This document shows positions 1-11,180 of a DNA stretch of 34,426 nt, piece by piece. Position numbers and translations under genes: made by a program. Under the pieces are notes generated by a model. It had not been told where the DNA came from and did not search any database. It saw only the letters and a program-made list of their open reading frames with translations. Source of the stretch: Catajapyx aquilonaris (taxonomy: Eukaryota); assembly GCA_000934665.2 (NCBI GenBank), contig JYFJ02004156.1, positions 1 to 34,426 of the forward strand, in the 5' to 3' direction. Numbering within the stretch: position 1 is the stretch's first letter; every line of letters starts with the position of its first letter.

Positions 1-117
1 TGTCTATGAACCCCCTCTAGATGGCGTTTCCGGACACGGTTTCCTATGTAAAAAATACTTGTCTTGGTCCCCTCTATTACCCCTGCAAGTCTTTGCAAAG
101 TTACAATAGACACCCTG
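1..117. mobile_element. Right end of a Tc1/mariner-type non-autonomous element, truncated by the window start
   Basis: Ends in CACCCTG|TA, the same terminus as the complete TA|CAGGGTG...CACCCTG|TA elements at 11181 and 14938. Confidence 0.6.
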
Positions 118-119
118 TA

Positions 120-371
120 TAATATAATACCTAGAGGAGGTACTCCCTATCCTTTTCCATTAGACAGGCTGAGGTAGCGGCCATCTTGTTGGAGGTAATA
201 TTGTTGTTCTAACAGTTGTCTAGCAACTGGGACAACAACCAATAATGACAACTGGGCGACAATTAGTTCAATAATGTCAGGTGTCCGCCATCTTGTTGGA
301 GGTAATATTGTTGCCTGCATTTTTGCCTGTCTCACATTTCAGCCCGAGTGCCTCCTCTAGGTATTATATTA
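120..371. mobile_element. MITE with ~26-bp TIRs in a TA context
   Basis: AATATAATACCTAGAGGAGGTACTC (121-145) is inverted at 346-370 with 1 mismatch. Internal 26-bp direct repeat CCATCTTGTTGGAGGTAATATTGTTG at ~181 and ~287. Confidence 0.75.
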
Positions 372-680
372 TATAATAGCAGAACTCTTTGGTTTTTACT
401 CAAAGACGTTCAAAGTGCTTTTCCCCGGCAGTGGTGCCAACAGGTCGGAATATTCTTGTCTCCCGCATTCGGCACATAAAGGCCCCCTTTCTCCACCTAG
501 ATGGCCTACAGCCGCCTTGCAAATGTTTTCCGTCGTGTCTGCGGTAAATTCAAAATCAACTTCCTCATGTCGCAATCAACCAGGCATTTTAGTATACTCT
601 TCGATTGGCACCACTCGCCTCAGAGGCCACGCCCCGGTTTTCCTGCCAATTTTGAAGGCATTTTAAAATATGCCGTAATT

Positions 681-962
681 AAGAGGAGACATGGTGGTCT
701 ATTGGTTACGCCACTGGCCAGCCAAGCGGGAGGCCAGGGTTCAAATCCCGTCTCCATCACCTCTGCTTGGCCGGGTCTTTTTCCGCTTTTCACCCGACAT
801 GCCGGGGCAGAATTGCACTCCCTACTCAGCCCAGGGCCAGGAGAAATGGTCTGGTGTATTTCACAAAGTCAGAAATGACTAAAATTACAGCGCCCTCCCT
901 TGGGAACCTCCCCTTCCCCCCAAGAGGGCTCCGCCCTATCACTGGTTTAAAAAAAAAAAAAA
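681..962 (+). mobile_element. tRNA-derived SINE (tRNA-Gly-like head) with poly(A) tail
   Basis: A box TGGTCTATTGG and B box GGTTCAAATCC. GGAGAC/GTCTCC acceptor-like stem. A-tail 948-962. 11-bp TSD ATGCCGTAATT at 670-680 and 963-973. Confidence 0.88.
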
Positions 963-2925
963 ATGCCGTAATTTATCCAGTAATGTCATTTTCATGCAAC
1001 AGGGTGATGGAATGTGTGTTTACAGGCATTCGTTAGCTATTTATGAACAAAAATCCAAAATCCCAGACCAAGGCTAGGACCCCATTGCCTGCTGATTGGG
1101 GAAAGTGGGTAGAGCTGTATTACTTGGATTCTCCTCCTTGGAAGAAATTGTAGTTAAGTTTTTAATTGAAATATGTCAATTCCTCTATCCTGGCATACCA
1201 CATCTAACAGACCTAGAGAATGAAGTTTGAAATCGAAAAGGTTGACATCTGGCTGCCAGCATGAGAAACATTTTATGGGGTTTGACCCTGAATCTGAGTA
1301 CCAGGACCTATTTTTAAGGACCGAAGTTTGATGAATGGCTGTTGTCCTGAATGAGAGTTGGCACATATCTGACTTCTCGGATGTGTGGCTGGTCATGATG
1401 GATCCACAGAAATAACGGAAAAGTGCATCTGAGAGGTTTTAGCAAGTACTAAATTTATTCTTTTGTCGGTATCAGCAAGAACTGGTGCATGGTGCATTGG
1501 TTGGGTGGGGTAGAAAATGAATTTTATTTGTGGGGAATCCTGAGGTGGGAGCACTGATGACAGAAGTGCATTAGTGTTATGGGGGACTATGTTGAGAAGT
1601 TACAATAAATTGGTGACCATGGAAAAAGTCTTTCTGGTTGAGGCCGAGAATTCGATGACTGACCCTTGTATGTGTTAGCAAATTGTTTATTGGCATGATG
1701 GAAAATCTACTGATGTAGGCTGTTTGTGAGAAATATTACATAATCACCTGCATTGTAAGGATATACAAACTTACCCAATTATGTCTTGAATTTTAAAGCA
1801 TTTAATTTCCCTTCTCTAGCACCAGTGTCATTTGATTACTACTGGCAACTCCAGATATACGCATTTACATTTTGCTCTTATGTGGCTGTTTGGCAGTTTC
1901 TGAATTATGTATGTAATTGTGAAACTGGTTAGTTTGAATGACTGACTGGGGTTCTTGGCTATTTTTACTGCTAACATAAAGGGCCCTGGAAATTTGAGGA
2001 TATTTACCCTGTCAGGACCCAGGCATTTCCATCAGCACCATGAAAAAGGAAGTGATATTGTATTTAACCCTAATAAGACGGGCGTCACATATGCTGTGAC
2101 AGTGGCTTTAAATAATTCTGCTGGCGAAACTATAGCGTTTTCCCACTATGTAAACGTGGTTTCTGTGTGGCTTTTTAAATTTTCTCCCACGTAAAAAATT
2201 GAGCACTACAAAACCGTGCATAAATAAGCCGGATTAACCACATTAACTTGAATGAAATCATCTTTTTGCGGCCACTGAAAAAAAAAACCTTAAAAACAAA
2301 TCCGACCTTGACCGGCAAATTTTCGGCATACATAGTTGCCCCCAAACCTCCTCAAGAGATTCCACCCTAAAATCAGTGCAAAAGATGATTCAATAGTTTT
2401 AAAATGAATAAATAATGTTGTAAATGCCAATTAGCGGCTGGCGGCCTTCTGCGCAACTCCTGCCTTCTGCACAACTCCTGCCTGCCATCCGTCTTGATGC
2501 AGGGCGCATGCCCAGCACTGTTTATGAACTGCTGTGATGTTTATGTTCTTGAGCAGTTGTGTGTTTATCAACACAGCTTGCTTGATCCAGGCCTGTGCCG
2601 TAATTCATGCTATGTGCTTATGTACTGCTTTGTTCAGAGGTGCCAAGGCTACATACCGAGAAAAACAAGTAGCAGTTCTGTTAACGTAAAAAAATCTCAC
2701 TGTAAAGCAATAAGCCTTACCTATATTTTGCCGCTGCTATAAGATTATTTGTTAACAGGTGCTAATGTTAGGTTAACAATTTTTTTTTAAAGTTGTCATG
2801 AACAAGACGTATGTGGCATACATGATTATTGCAAATTATACTCAAGAAACTTAGCCTATTTAGCAAAACAGGGGTAAGGGTCTTTAACTGTTCATTATTA
2901 ACAATGAAATAAATTTCACCCTTTT

Positions 2926-3935
2926 CTAATCCACTTGTTCAATAGTAAAGTCCATCTCTTGTCCATAACAGTCAATGTCATCTTCAAAATCAAGTCCTGG
3001 TTCAGAAACAAATGTGTAGAAATACTCAAGTTCCTTGGGTACTAAGTCCATGAGCTCTTTCAGATCTGCAAGTTTTGCAGTACTTAGTGCTTTACCATTT
3101 TGCCACAATAATGGCAGACGCCCAGAGAACAGAGACTGTGTCGGCCTTCCCCTCTGAACCTTAGCAATGTTCACAACCTGAGGTTCTTCTAACTTGACAT
3201 TCTTCATTATTAGATGGTATGGTTCATCTTTTTTTTTTTTTTTTTTACACACTTTGTGCTAGGGCCATGGGCCCTTATAGGGGGGTGGATTACCACCATT
3301 TTCCTTCAACTTTCTTATTATTTTCTTCTAACACCGGTGCAAGGATGAAAGGACAAGAGGTAAGAATAGGGATTTTCGGGGAGGGAACATGGGTGCAAGT
3401 GCACGTCTGAAAACGGGTCATGTGCTGTTCCCCAGGAGGTTAGGTTGCCAGACACCTCCTTGGTGCAGGTCAGAGGCCCTCCCTGACGCAGGTGAAAGGA
3501 AAGTTCCCCAGGCGGGGATCGAACCTGGGGCCTTTCACACAGCAAGCTGAGACGTTACCATCATGGCCACCACACCTCCCCGATATGGTTCATCTTTGGT
3601 GAGAACAATCTCATGAGTTTTGAGGCAGTTGATCGGTTGTTTGCTGACGTGTACCTTCCTGTTGGTGATGGATGCTTCTAGTGGGGCAACAGACAAGAAG
3701 TTGTTTTTTAAATCCGATTGACTGTGAATTTGTTGGTGCGGCGACATTCTTTCAATACATTCATGTAACCCACATCTGTGTATAGCCCCTGGACAGATTT
3801 CAATGCGCACTCAACATTGCCAAACTCCGCATCATTGGGGAGAAAGCTGTGACTGCTGGTTGGTCCTTGCATGAGGTTGTGTTCCTGGAGGCTGACATTT
3901 GCAATTCTGTGGGTTACGTGGTTAATGAAAAACAA
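2926..3935 (-). pseudogene. Decayed DNA-transposon transposase, C-terminal part (Sola-like), interrupted by a SINE
   Basis: Collinear frameshifted pieces SHSFLPNDAEFGNVE, ITNRK...TKDEPY and (after removing the SINE) HLIMK...LSTAKLADLKELMDLVP...FY. The HSFLPxDxxFGxxE motif is recalled from Sola-type DDD transposases, so the superfamily call is tentative. Confidence 0.65.
3232..3583 (-). mobile_element. tRNA-derived SINE with poly(A) tail
   Basis: Minus strand shows an A-box-like TGGCCATGATGG and B box GGTTCGATCC. T-run 3229-3245. 14-bp TSD TATGGTTCATCTTT at 3218-3231 and 3584-3597. Confidence 0.9.
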
Positions 3936-4535
3936 GGATCGGCAATTTGGACGATGTGGGTTACCAAATTTGTCAACAGATCGCAGAAAAATGCAGAGGT
4001 GGTATACATGATTATTGCTAAATGTTGGGGACCACTTTGAGCACTATGCACGATGGTTACTGGAATTTTTACGATTTGTGGGTTACATGGTTACTGCATA
4101 ACACCGTCAAGATGGCCTCAGGATCAAGCCTCGACACTATATGATCTTATTCACTAGTGTTTTCAAATCTAGTCCCCCAAGTCCCAACGAAAGCGAATTT
4201 TTTGCAGATACTTGCAAAAAACGCATATTTCTTGTTGGAGATTGGTAGCCATTGCTTACCAATAAAACGAGGTCCCAAGCAATTTGGCATTCCATTTCAC
4301 AAACCTATCGACACAATAGTTTGGTGTTTCCTGACCTAGCACTAGCCACTTATTGATTACCTCCAATGCTTAGAGCATCTCCTGTCAGGTGACCCTATGC
4401 GACAACTTCTCCATAGTAGCTTGAACATTGGAGATTTTGCACTGGAAATTGTTATGGAACATGTAACTGTTTTTGTTGTACATGAGGACTACCTGTTTAT
4501 TGTACTTCTCTGTCTTACATGATGTTCAATTTCAG

Positions 4536-4640
4536 CATGCTGCAAAAAGTGGAGAAGACAAATCAAATGGAGATGAAAAAATTGCAGAAGAGCAAAGGGA
4601 TGCGGCTGTAACCTCCATGAAGCCTTTAGTAACCGTCAAG
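4536..4640 (+). CDS. C2H2 zinc-finger gene, internal coding exon (HAAKSGEDK...PLVTVK)
   Basis: TTCAG acceptor and AAG|GTGGGT donor; 105 bp; phase 0, in frame with the next exon. Confidence 0.65.
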
Positions 4641-4747
4641 GTGGGTGATAGTGTGCCCCCTGAACTCATTAGTGAAATGATTATTGCTAATTGGATCCTG
4701 TGGTTTATTGCTTGGTATATTATGACAGTTATGTTTTGTTTTTGCAG

Positions 4748-4873
4748 GAAACAATGGTACCTTTTGTTTTGCTAGATAAGCTGCTCCTGTGCAAGAAATG
4801 TAATGCCACGTTTGTTACTAAAAAGGAGTTAGAGGAGCATAAGCTGAAGAGACACTCCAATCAGGATACATTG
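4748..4873 (+). CDS. C2H2 zinc-finger gene, internal exon with one finger (CKKC...HKLKRH)
   Basis: TTTTGCAG acceptor and TTG|GTAAGA donor; 126 bp; phase 0, joins in frame to 7589. Confidence 0.8.
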
Positions 4874-5675
4874 GTAAGATGTTTGTTATGTCATAAAGGA
4901 TTTATTCCAGGTTAGATTTACTGTGTGGCATGATGATTTTTATTGGAGGATGTTCATAATGTAATACTAGATGAAAAATGAAACTCTGTTTTTAAATATC
5001 TGTTGTGAATAGTGGAAACCTTGCTTGAAAATTGACAATTACTACTAAATTCATGGTGGAAGACGGGGGAGGAGACGAAGGTGGAAACAATTGCGAGTGT
5101 CAAGTGCAAACCTGATGAACGCAACCTTCGAGTACGATGGGTTGCCTACCCACCAGGCGCAACACACTAAAGGTGGAAACGGCCGTACCTCTGTACGGGG
5201 GCATTTCCGGACATGGGTACCTAAGCTCAAAATACTTGCCTATGGGTCCTCTACCCACCCTGTGACTTTTGCCAGAGTTACCGTGACCACCCTGTAGATC
5301 TGATTGCATGGAATATCGCATGTATGCCCATAAGAGACGCGTTGTGTGCTTGTGAAAGTGATAGAGCAATTGGAATTGGGCTACTGAGACTTGGGCTGTG
5401 GAACCATTTTCCTTCCCAAGTAACACAACTTATACGATATTTCAATCACCGGCCAAGAGACTGATGAAACATGGCCGCCCCTCCGGCGGCCTAGTGTTGT
5501 AGGTTAAATCATCGCTGTCTCCTAGCCTGATAACCACGACGCAGAACTTTATTTTTGTTACGTTCAAGTTAAGCCTTTTGGAGGACCTATGTGTATTGGG
5601 ATTAGTTTACCTCCCACCTTATAAAAGTTTCGGTACAGTGCTCGAAGAATTAATGGAGGTAGCAGCCCCACTTAA

Positions 5676-6146
5676 CCCTTAACTACGTAGGTGGAGCCTG
5701 AGAGGCTCCAAGCACTATTTAAACGCATGTAACTTTTTCATCGAATTTTATTTTCCCCTGTCCTTCCGTGACTTTGTCAGACAAACCTTCCTAAGCATGA
5801 AAAGGAAAGAAAAATTTTTTTAGTCCCTGTTGTTTGGTTTAAAAAAATTCGTAACGAGGAACAGGTCCCTCCTGGACTCTATACTGGCTCTACCTATGCA
5901 GGTGAAGACTGAGCGGCTCAAGCATGATGTAACCTTTTAATTAAGAATTTTTTCCTGTCGGAATATGCTGACTCAGCGTGTGATTTTTATTTTATCGGAA
6001 GCCTAATGATCTGAACTGCACTCTCTGTATGTGAAAATTCCAATATAACAAATTAGTTGATAAGCAGAAATTTAAATATACCGTTGGAGCCTCTCAGGCT
6101 CCACCTACGTAGTTAAAGGTGTTTCACCCATCTACGTAGTTAAGGG
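5676..6146. mobile_element. piggyBac-type non-autonomous element
   Basis: TTAA|CCCTTAACTACGTAG...CTACGTAGTTAAGGG|TTAA. Subterminal inverted repeat containing the palindrome GGAGCCTGAGAGGCTCC at ~5693 and ~6085, set back by a spacer on the right end. Confidence 0.88.
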
Positions 6147-6245
6147 TTAACAACCCTAATACACCTATTATACTTCTGGGAGACTATAATGCACGTCTGG
6201 CTAATAAGAATCCGGAAATCGTGGAGCTAGGATCAAACTGGAAGC

Positions 6246-6534
6246 GGGGAGGCGGAGTGGTGCTGCGGTAACGTATGCGCCCATGGATGTTAAGGTCCCA
6301 GATTCAATCCCAACCCGGGGACACCCCCTTCATCTCGTGCAGAGTTCAGGGTCACCTCTGGCTTCGTCTCGGGTGGTATTTCAGATGCACTGCACCTTGC
6401 ACATCCCCTCCTGTCATCCTGCCTGTGGGCCTGGGCGGTATGCTAATGTACTATGTATACACCAACAGCTAATAGTAAAGGTCTATGTGATATACCCTGA
6501 TGGGTGAAAGCATTACCCAACCAGTTATTATATT
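6246..6534 (+). mobile_element. tRNA-derived SINE, family B (internally deleted copy)
   Basis: Head GGGAGGCGGAGTGGTGCTGCGGTAACG shared with the copies at 12812 and 19381; body also shared with 14577. TTA tail. TSD AAACTGGAA(G/T)C at 6235-6245 and 6535-6545. Confidence 0.87.
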
Positions 6535-6951
6535 AAACTGGAATCTAACGTTACTAAGAAACTCCATGGACCATATCTTAAACACTAGAGGTTCCCAATT
6601 GTTACAATTCATCAACCAACTATAGTATTGTGCATGGAAAAAAATATTTTATACTTGCCCTATTGGCCAGCGCTTGTCCAACACCTAATTTAAAAATTTC
6701 TCCATACTATCTATGTAAAACGGAAATTTTGGACCAAGATCACCCTGTTGACGGTACATGTAAGTTTAACAGAAACTAAAATCTAGAGGTGATTGCTGTG
6801 TTGCTGGTAGCGAAGGGGTTAATGCACTTAATGTGACTGAGGAAGTAGCAGGGCTTTGATCTTCCTCTACAGAGCCTACATGGCTGTTTTTTTTTTCTTT
6901 CTTTCCTTCTTGTTTTTTAAGTTTATTTACTTGGTCAGGTGGTGTAATTAA

Positions 6952-7469
6952 CCCTTTGATGGCGGAGTTTTTTGGCCATTTTAGTCTCTTTATGAAAAAA
7001 AAATCTAGTAGGAGTAATATTAATGAAAAACACTATGCTCCAATATTTAACATTTCAACTCGTGGTGGTCCTTTTGAATGTAAAATGCCGAAAAAATTCA
7101 TCTACAGGGTGGTCCAGAAAAAAAATTAACGTGCAATTAACTTGAAACTTAATTAAATTTATTTAAATTTTTAACGTCACTATAAAATTGTTACTGTGGT
7201 TACATAATACTACTAAAACACTGTACTTTGAGAAATTACTACGAGTCCAGACGTCGCATGTTGTCAAAAACTTTCAGGTGGGAGGGGGTATGCTTAGCTC
7301 CCGCTGGGAGGCGGGAAAACTGATTACCATACGCCATGATGGTTGAGCCCCCTTCCACGAGGTGGTAGGAGCAGTTTGAGCCTCAAACTGCGCCATTTTT
7401 GTGTAAACTCTAGCACTCCCAGTTCAAAAACCAGCAGGACATCATATGATGTCCGTAGCCATTAAAGGG
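6952..7469. mobile_element. piggyBac-type MITE
   Basis: TTAA|CCCTTTGATGGC...GCCATTAAAGGG|TTAA; 12-bp TIR with 1 mismatch. Confidence 0.8.
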
Positions 7470-7588
7470 TTAAATGTCAGTGTGTTCTGGGAAATACTTC
7501 GCAGATCATTGGGGTACTGGTGTCCATTGTCCTAATATACTCTACATACTTGTCAACATGCCACATTAAATTTTTTTCTCCCTTTCAG

Positions 7589-8617
7589 GAAAATAGCAAT
7601 GTTTCTGCAACAAGATTAAGAACGTCACAGAAGCCTTTCCTATGTGATATTTGTGGAATTCAGTTTAAGAAGGAATCAGCTTTTAGCTACCATTGGGAAC
7701 GCCACAATAGAAAGGAGCGGCACAATTGCCCAAGTTGTGAAAAGTCATTTTCATCTATTGTGAGACTGCAAGTTCACATGGCAGTCCACTCGAGCAATGG
7801 AAGAATTGTGTGTCGTAATTGTGGTAAGACGTACAGCACAGAGGGTGGATTCTACAAGCACATAAAACTGCATGATAATGGCATTGGTGGCCTAGAGTTC
7901 AAGAGTGAGCCCGCTATTGCTGAGGAACCGCGCAATTGTATGATATGTGGCAAGTTTTTCCCATCCGATTCAAGCTTACAAATTCACTTGGCTTCTCATA
8001 CGAATAGTACCAATGTTGTTTGTCACATATGTAACAAAGCTTGCACCAGCAGGGGTGGTTTTTACAAGCATATTAAATTACATACAAGGTGTCATGTTTG
8101 TAGAATTTGCGACAAGCCCTTCATGTCAGATTGTGCACTGAAACGTCATGAACAGGTACATGCAGATGAGCGACCGTTTGCTTGTAATGTTTGCAGTAGT
8201 ACCTTTAAAACTATCCATCACTTACAACGCCATCACATTTTTCAACACACCAAGCAAATGCAGCGATTACAGTGCCATTTGTGTGACTGTAGTTTCAAAT
8301 ATAAACAGAGCATGACCTATCACTTGAACAAGCACATGGGCATCGAAGCTGAAAAAAAGTTTCCATGCAGCATCTGTGGTGTTGCTTTTACAAGAATAGC
8401 TTATTTAAATCGCCACAGCTCCATTCATAATGGCCAAAGACCATTTACATGTGACATTTGTGGCAAGCAGTTTCGTTTGAAGGGTGGCCTGAAGCAGCAC
8501 CAGGTCATTCACAAGCAGAAGAAACCCCATAAATGCCGTAAATGTGGAAAACGGTTTATGTTTAAGAGTTCTCTTTGCCATCACCGTAGAACCCACGACA
8601 GGACTGGTAAATTATGA
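7589..8617 (+). CDS. C2H2 zinc-finger gene, terminal exon with 11 tandem fingers
   Basis: 11 CxxC-x12-HxxxH(H) motifs with ERPF/QRPF/KKPH linkers. Polypyrimidine tract and CAG acceptor at 7588, in frame. TGA ends at 8617. Confidence 0.95.
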   Translation, partial: ENSNVSATRLRTSQKPFLCDICGIQFKKESAFSYHWERHNRKERHNCPSCEKSFSSIVRLQVHMAVHSSNGRIVCRNCGKTYSTEGGFYKHIKLHDNGIGGLEFKSEPAIAEEPRNCMICGKFFPSDSSLQIHLASHTNSTNVVCHICNKACTSRGGFYKHIKLHTRCHVCRICDKPFMSDCALKRHEQVHADERPFACNVCSSTFKTIHHLQRHHIFQHTKQMQRLQCHLCDCSFKYKQSMTYHLNKHMGIEAEKKFPCSICGVAFTRIAYLNRHSSIHNGQRPFTCDICGKQFRLKGGLKQHQVIHKQKKPHKCRKCGKRFMFKSSLCHHRRTHDRTGKL

Positions 8618-8924
8618 ATTGTTGCATTTGTTGGAACTTGGCAGGAGTGATGTAGAGCAGTAGAGGTATACATTTATGGCATTTATTCGGTTTCTTGTGC
8701 TTGTGAATGACCAGAGCATGACTGGAAATTAATTAACAGGCAGGATGTAGAGGTTTACATTTTGTTCATTTTTGAGATTGATCTTTCTTGTGAATGACCA
8801 GAGCATTATGTGAAGAAACCCATGGGCATAGAAGCTGAAAAAAAAGTTCCCATGCGGCACGTGGTGTTGCCTTTACAAGAAATGCCTATGTAGATTGACG
8901 TAATTATGTGGTATGGCTAAATGG

Positions 8925-9412
8925 TGGCATATATAGATGTGGCGAGGGGGGTGGAGAAACAAAGGGGGAATGTGACCGCACCATCGCCCTAAGACGGCCC
9001 GAGCCCGCCGCTTGGAGCTGTTGGACACTGCATGGGGGACACTCGGAGATGGACAACTCGGGAGCATGCTTTCAAGTGTGGGACAAGTCAGAGCACTATG
9101 ACCGGAGCCATGTGTCATCTATTGCCACAGGCAGTTTTAAAAAACCATCGCCCTCAATGTGATAGAGTTCCAAGCAAGGGAAAAATGGCGGCACTTTTGC
9201 ACCTGAAAGAGATGGCGAGGAACCAGTGAGGATGGCAACTTCCTGAGACCTTTCAGTCTTTCAGAGTCCTAAGCATAGTGCTCTGACTTGTCCCACACTC
9301 GAAATCAAGCTCCCGTGTTGTCCATCGCCGAGTGTCCAGCATGCAACGTCCAACAGCTCCAAGCGCATCAGGCTCAGGATGGTGTGATGGGGAAGTCACA
9401 TTCCCCTTTTTG

Positions 9413-9446
<34 letters not shown>

Positions 9447-9485
9447 NNNNNCCCCCTCCGCGATGTGGGTGACATCTATATGCCA
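8925..9485. repeat. Foldback/MITE-like element with ~175-210-bp imperfect inverted arms
   Basis: 8925-9100 is inverted at 9274-9485 (e.g. GTGTGGGACAAGTCAGAGCACTATG / CATAGTGCTCTGACTTGTCCCACAC). The right arm holds a (TC)n run and an N gap. Confidence 0.8.
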
Positions 9486-9487
9486 GA

Positions 9488-9717
9488 GTCGCTACTGTAA
9501 TAAATGCTCAAGTAAAGTGATAATTAAGTAATTTATTATCTCCCTTTTTTAAATAAAAAAAAGTGTGAAAATATATAAAAATAAAAAATAAAACCTTCGG
9601 TTCAGTTAACGTTGGGGTCGGGGTGGCATTGTCTGCCCTCCCCTCCAACGTCACAGGTGCTTGGCGCAGTATAGCCATTGCTGCTGTTGCGCCATTAAAC
9701 CTTCAATCAATCAATCT
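9488..9717 (+). mobile_element. 5'-truncated non-LTR retroposon with (TCAA)n tail
   Basis: 14-bp direct repeat ATCTATATGCCAGA at 9474-9487 and 9718-9731; ends GCGCCATTAAACCT(TCAA)3. Confidence 0.75.
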
Positions 9718-10011
9718 ATCTATATGCCAGATAAAATTGTAATCACCGGATCTTCAAAACTCAGCAAAGGTCATCTCTGTATGTGTTACCGTTTTTGAAT
9801 AAAAAAATACGCGCAATGGCTTGACTCAACCCTCGTATTTTACTTGGAAAGAAATTAAGCTCAATTTGATTTTTTGGGGAGAGGTACCTTTTTAAAAAAT
9901 TGAATGTTTGTGTCTTTTACTTCAAAAAGAAAATAAAGGCCAAGGTGATTTTTTGGGAGATATTTTTTTTAAAGTGAACCTTTCATTTATTAATATTACA
10001 GATATTATTAA

Positions 10012-10754
10012 CTCCTTCGCTACCAGCTAGGCCAAAAACGCCAAGATTTTTTCTTATGCCTAATCTGAAGATACGGACAAGATATTTTAAAATAATAACA
10101 GCTATGTAATAATTACCCATTCATGGAAAACACTATGAATGTGTTGCGAACAATATATTTTACTCGTCTAGAAGTCCCCAAATTAATTCCAAAAAGACCG
10201 CCTTAAAAACTGTAAATTAGAGTACTACTGGCTAACTGTTAGGCTGATTTAATTATGAAATACACTGAAGTATACAGAAAAACAACCTCGAGAACCATGC
10301 CCGAGGAATTTTCTGAAATCGTCGTACTTTGTGAGAAATAAATTAATACTTATTTGCAGCCTGCTGGCTCTTCAGAAAACTCTCATTCAAATTTTTTTCT
10401 GAAGAGTTAAAAAGATGCAAATAAGTATTAATTTATTTCTGGCAAAGTATGACGATTGCATCAAATTCCTCTGGCACAGTTCTCAAGGTGATAGTTCCAT
10501 ATAGGTATTTAGCATATTTCATAATTAAATCAGTGTAACAGTTGGCCGGTAGTACTCTAATTGAGAGCTTTTACGGCTGTCTTTTTGGAAATTAATTTAG
10601 GAACTTCTAGAGGAGTAGTAGAATTGTTCCCAACACAGTGTTATCCATGAATGGGTAAATATAGCTGTTATTATTTGTAAAATATCTTGTCTGTATCTTC
10701 AGAGTAGGCGTAAGGGAAAATGTAGGCATTTTCGCCTTAGCCGTAGCGAAGGGG
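10012..10754. mobile_element. Fully palindromic piggyBac-type MITE (~365-bp arms)
   Basis: TTAA|CTCCTTCGCTAC...GTAGCGAAGGGG|TTAA. The arms are complementary up to the centre at ~10385. A lone terminus of the same family lies at 6802-6822. Confidence 0.88.
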
Positions 10755-10910
10755 TTAAAACTACCTACCAGTGTGCCTGAAGTATAGAACCAGCGAAATC
10801 TGTAACCATCAAGCTATTGACCAAAGTGAAGGACTGAGGGAGTGTGCCTTGATCTTCATGATGGAGTAGGTGGTTCCCTTTTCAAAACAGGCTGACAGTG
10901 GGATTGGTCA

Positions 10911-11175
10911 CAGCATGCTTCACAATTTTGTTCGTTGCCGACCCCAGAAAATGGTCTTGTCAAATTCGCCACCCCACTTGTAAATTCAACCCTACACTCC
11001 CCTCAGTGGTAGTCAGTGACAATAATGGCTAAATTAACACATCTTCTCATTTACAGGTAACTTATATACTCATTTTGTAAAGCGCATTATTTTGTTACCC
11101 TACCTTGTGGCCCCAAATACATTATTATGTTGGCGACCCCAAATGGGGTCGCCACCGATAGTTTGGGAAGCACTG
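10911..11175. mobile_element. hAT-like MITE remnant
   Basis: Right end AGTTTGGGAAGCACTG with a subterminal GCGACCCC...GGGGTCGC hairpin; degenerate left end CAGCATGCTTCACAA. No TSD found. Confidence 0.45.
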
Positions 11176-11180
11176 CTCTA

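Noticed and set aside
685..756. Functional tRNA gene
   Set aside because: Imperfect anticodon and T stems; embedded in a poly(A)-tailed, TSD-flanked SINE.
1040..1800. Possible decayed retroelement or upstream exons
   Set aside because: No convincing motif or consistent splice phase could be read by eye.
5472..5495. GGCCGCC-loop-GGCGGCC hairpin followed by TAGT as a Helitron 3' end
   Set aside because: No spacer between the hairpin and CTAG, and no supporting 5' end or second copy.
7520..7588. ORF-track N-terminus of the zinc-finger protein
   Set aside because: GTG start inside intron sequence; a strong in-frame acceptor lies at 7588.
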